Virus record (IMG/VR): IMGVR_UViG_3300045988_146023
From: a virus
Strand: one strand, 5' to 3'
Length of the DNA: 40,172 nucleotides
Each line of letters starts with the position of its first letter. Position 1 is the stretch's first letter. Of the stretch, positions 39,374 to 40,172 are shown in pieces. The notes beneath the pieces were generated by a model, which had not been told where the DNA came from, did not search any database, and worked only from the letters and a program-made list of their open reading frames with translations. Made by a program: the position numbers and the translations under genes.

Positions 39374-40048
39374 ATGAGAGCCACCAATACGGCGCAACGA
39401 CTAAAGGAAATCATGGCAGAAAGAGGGCTAAGGCAAGTAGATATTATTGATATGGCAAAGCCCTACTGCGAAGAGCACAATGTAAAACTAGGGAAGAATG
39501 ACCTGAGCCAATATGTGAATGGGAAGGTGGAACCAGGACAAACCAAACTAGCCATCTTAGGGATGGCTTTAGGGGTTAGTGAAACTTGGTTGATGGGTTA
39601 TGATGTTCCTAGGGATCGAGAATCTACTGTGAACACTCCTGCCGGATTTTTCCCGGTTCCAGACACCTATACAGTCCCCCGGGTTGGGGCGATTGCCTGC
39701 GGTACGCCCATCCTCGCTGAGCAAAACATTGAAACCTACGATGCAGTTCCAAACCGCATCCGCTGCGATTTCACCCTTGTGTGTAAAGGGGACAGCATGG
39801 TTGGGGCTGGGATCGAAGACGGTGACGTGGTCTACATTCGCCAGCAGCCAGAGGTGGAAAACAACGAAATCGCTGCCGTGATGATTGACGGGGAGGCTAC
39901 CTTGAAATATTTCAAGCGCGTCGGTGATATGGTGCTTCTTTCCCCGGCAAATCGGGAGTATGAGCCGATCATTGTTTCTGGGGAGAACTTGGGAAAAGTG
40001 AAAATCGTCGGGAAAGCTGTAGGGTTTACCCGGTTTTGGGAAAAGTAA
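39374..40048 (+). CDS. CI/LexA-type repressor (HTH plus S24 peptidase)
   Basis: An N-terminal XRE HTH and a C-terminal S24 domain with GDSM (Ser nucleophile) and a later Lys. A linker Ala-Cys-Gly region (VGAIACGTP) is present. GGAGG lies 8 nt before ATG 39374; the track start at 39365 is a GTG. Confidence 0.9.
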   Translation: MRATNTAQRLKEIMAERGLRQVDIIDMAKPYCEEHNVKLGKNDLSQYVNGKVEPGQTKLAILGMALGVSETWLMGYDVPRDRESTVNTPAGFFPVPDTYTVPRVGAIACGTPILAEQNIETYDAVPNRIRCDFTLVCKGDSMVGAGIEDGDVVYIRQQPEVENNEIAAVMIDGEATLKYFKRVGDMVLLSPANREYEPIIVSGENLGKVKIVGKAVGFTRFWEK

Positions 40049-40073
40049 AAAGCGCCCGCCCTCTGTGCGGCAA

Positions 40074-40172
40074 CACAGAGAACGGGCAAAGGGGTTACAG
40101 TAAGTTTGCGGAAGCCTACTGTACCCCCTACTATAACATACAGTAGGAGGAAAATGCAATGATAAAACGGAA
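40074..40172 (+). repeat. Terminal direct repeat, copy 2 (identical to 1-99)
   Basis: Same 99 nt as the window start. This is either assembly overlap of a circular molecule or true terminal redundancy. Confidence 0.97.

Larger units (their letters stand above)
1..40073. mobile_element. Complete temperate phage genome, circular unit of 40,073 bp
   Basis: An exact 99-bp repeat at both window ends closes a circle. The unit carries integrase plus attP, a CI/Cro switch, and replication, packaging, capsid, fibre and lysis modules. Confidence 0.9.

Noticed and set aside
1-40172. Stop-codon reassignment, or a DGR/retron system
   Set aside because: All large genes are open in the standard code, and the only tRNA has a CAU anticodon, not a suppressor. 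No reverse transcriptase ORF or template/variable repeat pair was seen.

Overview
The window is one complete temperate phage genome. Bases 1-99 recur exactly at 40074-40172, so the sequence closes into a 40,073-bp circle. The DNA is visibly GC-rich, genes are tightly SD-coupled (GGAGG), and the gene content looks like a phage of an anaerobic Gram-positive host; the host is inference only.

Layout:
- Lysogeny module: a CI/LexA-type S24 repressor (39374-40048), a divergent Cro-like gene, and a switch region with TTGAAC-type operators. A tyrosine integrase (86-1147) is followed by an attP core that is the 3' part of a tRNA-Lys(UUU).
- Leftward accessory operon next to attP (3868 down to 1406), which includes a J-domain protein.
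- Rightward late operon (4057-28005): RHH regulator, terS, a 1.1-kb non-coding RNA island, terL, portal, holins and amidase, a 90-aa NrdD-type glycyl-radical mini-protein, scaffold, major capsid, a collagen-like fibre and a 2250-aa giant protein.
- Leftward early/replication operon (38028 down to 28022): AAA ATPase, SSB-like protein, replisome organizer, G39P-like loader, MazF-like toxin, dCTP deaminase, SprT-like protease, RuvC-like resolvase and an HNH-like endonuclease.

Most notable observations:
- Two homologous type II hammerhead ribozymes lie on the minus strand (about 3390-3467 and 2766-2833) and bracket only the J-domain gene. Their invariant cores are intact and their pseudoknots co-vary. 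Double cleavage would release a 627-nt RNA that could in principle be circularised.
- The terS-terL gap holds a canonical tRNA-Met(CAU), two acceptor/T-arm minihelix elements, an array of GGGGGT boxes, a 47-aa ORF and a strong terminator just before terL.
- A stand-alone class III RNR glycyl-radical domain sits in the late operon.
- A 271-bp segment in the early leader is flanked by 28-bp inverted repeats that carry extended -10 motifs.

All functional calls rest on motif recognition by eye. No searches or folding programs were run.
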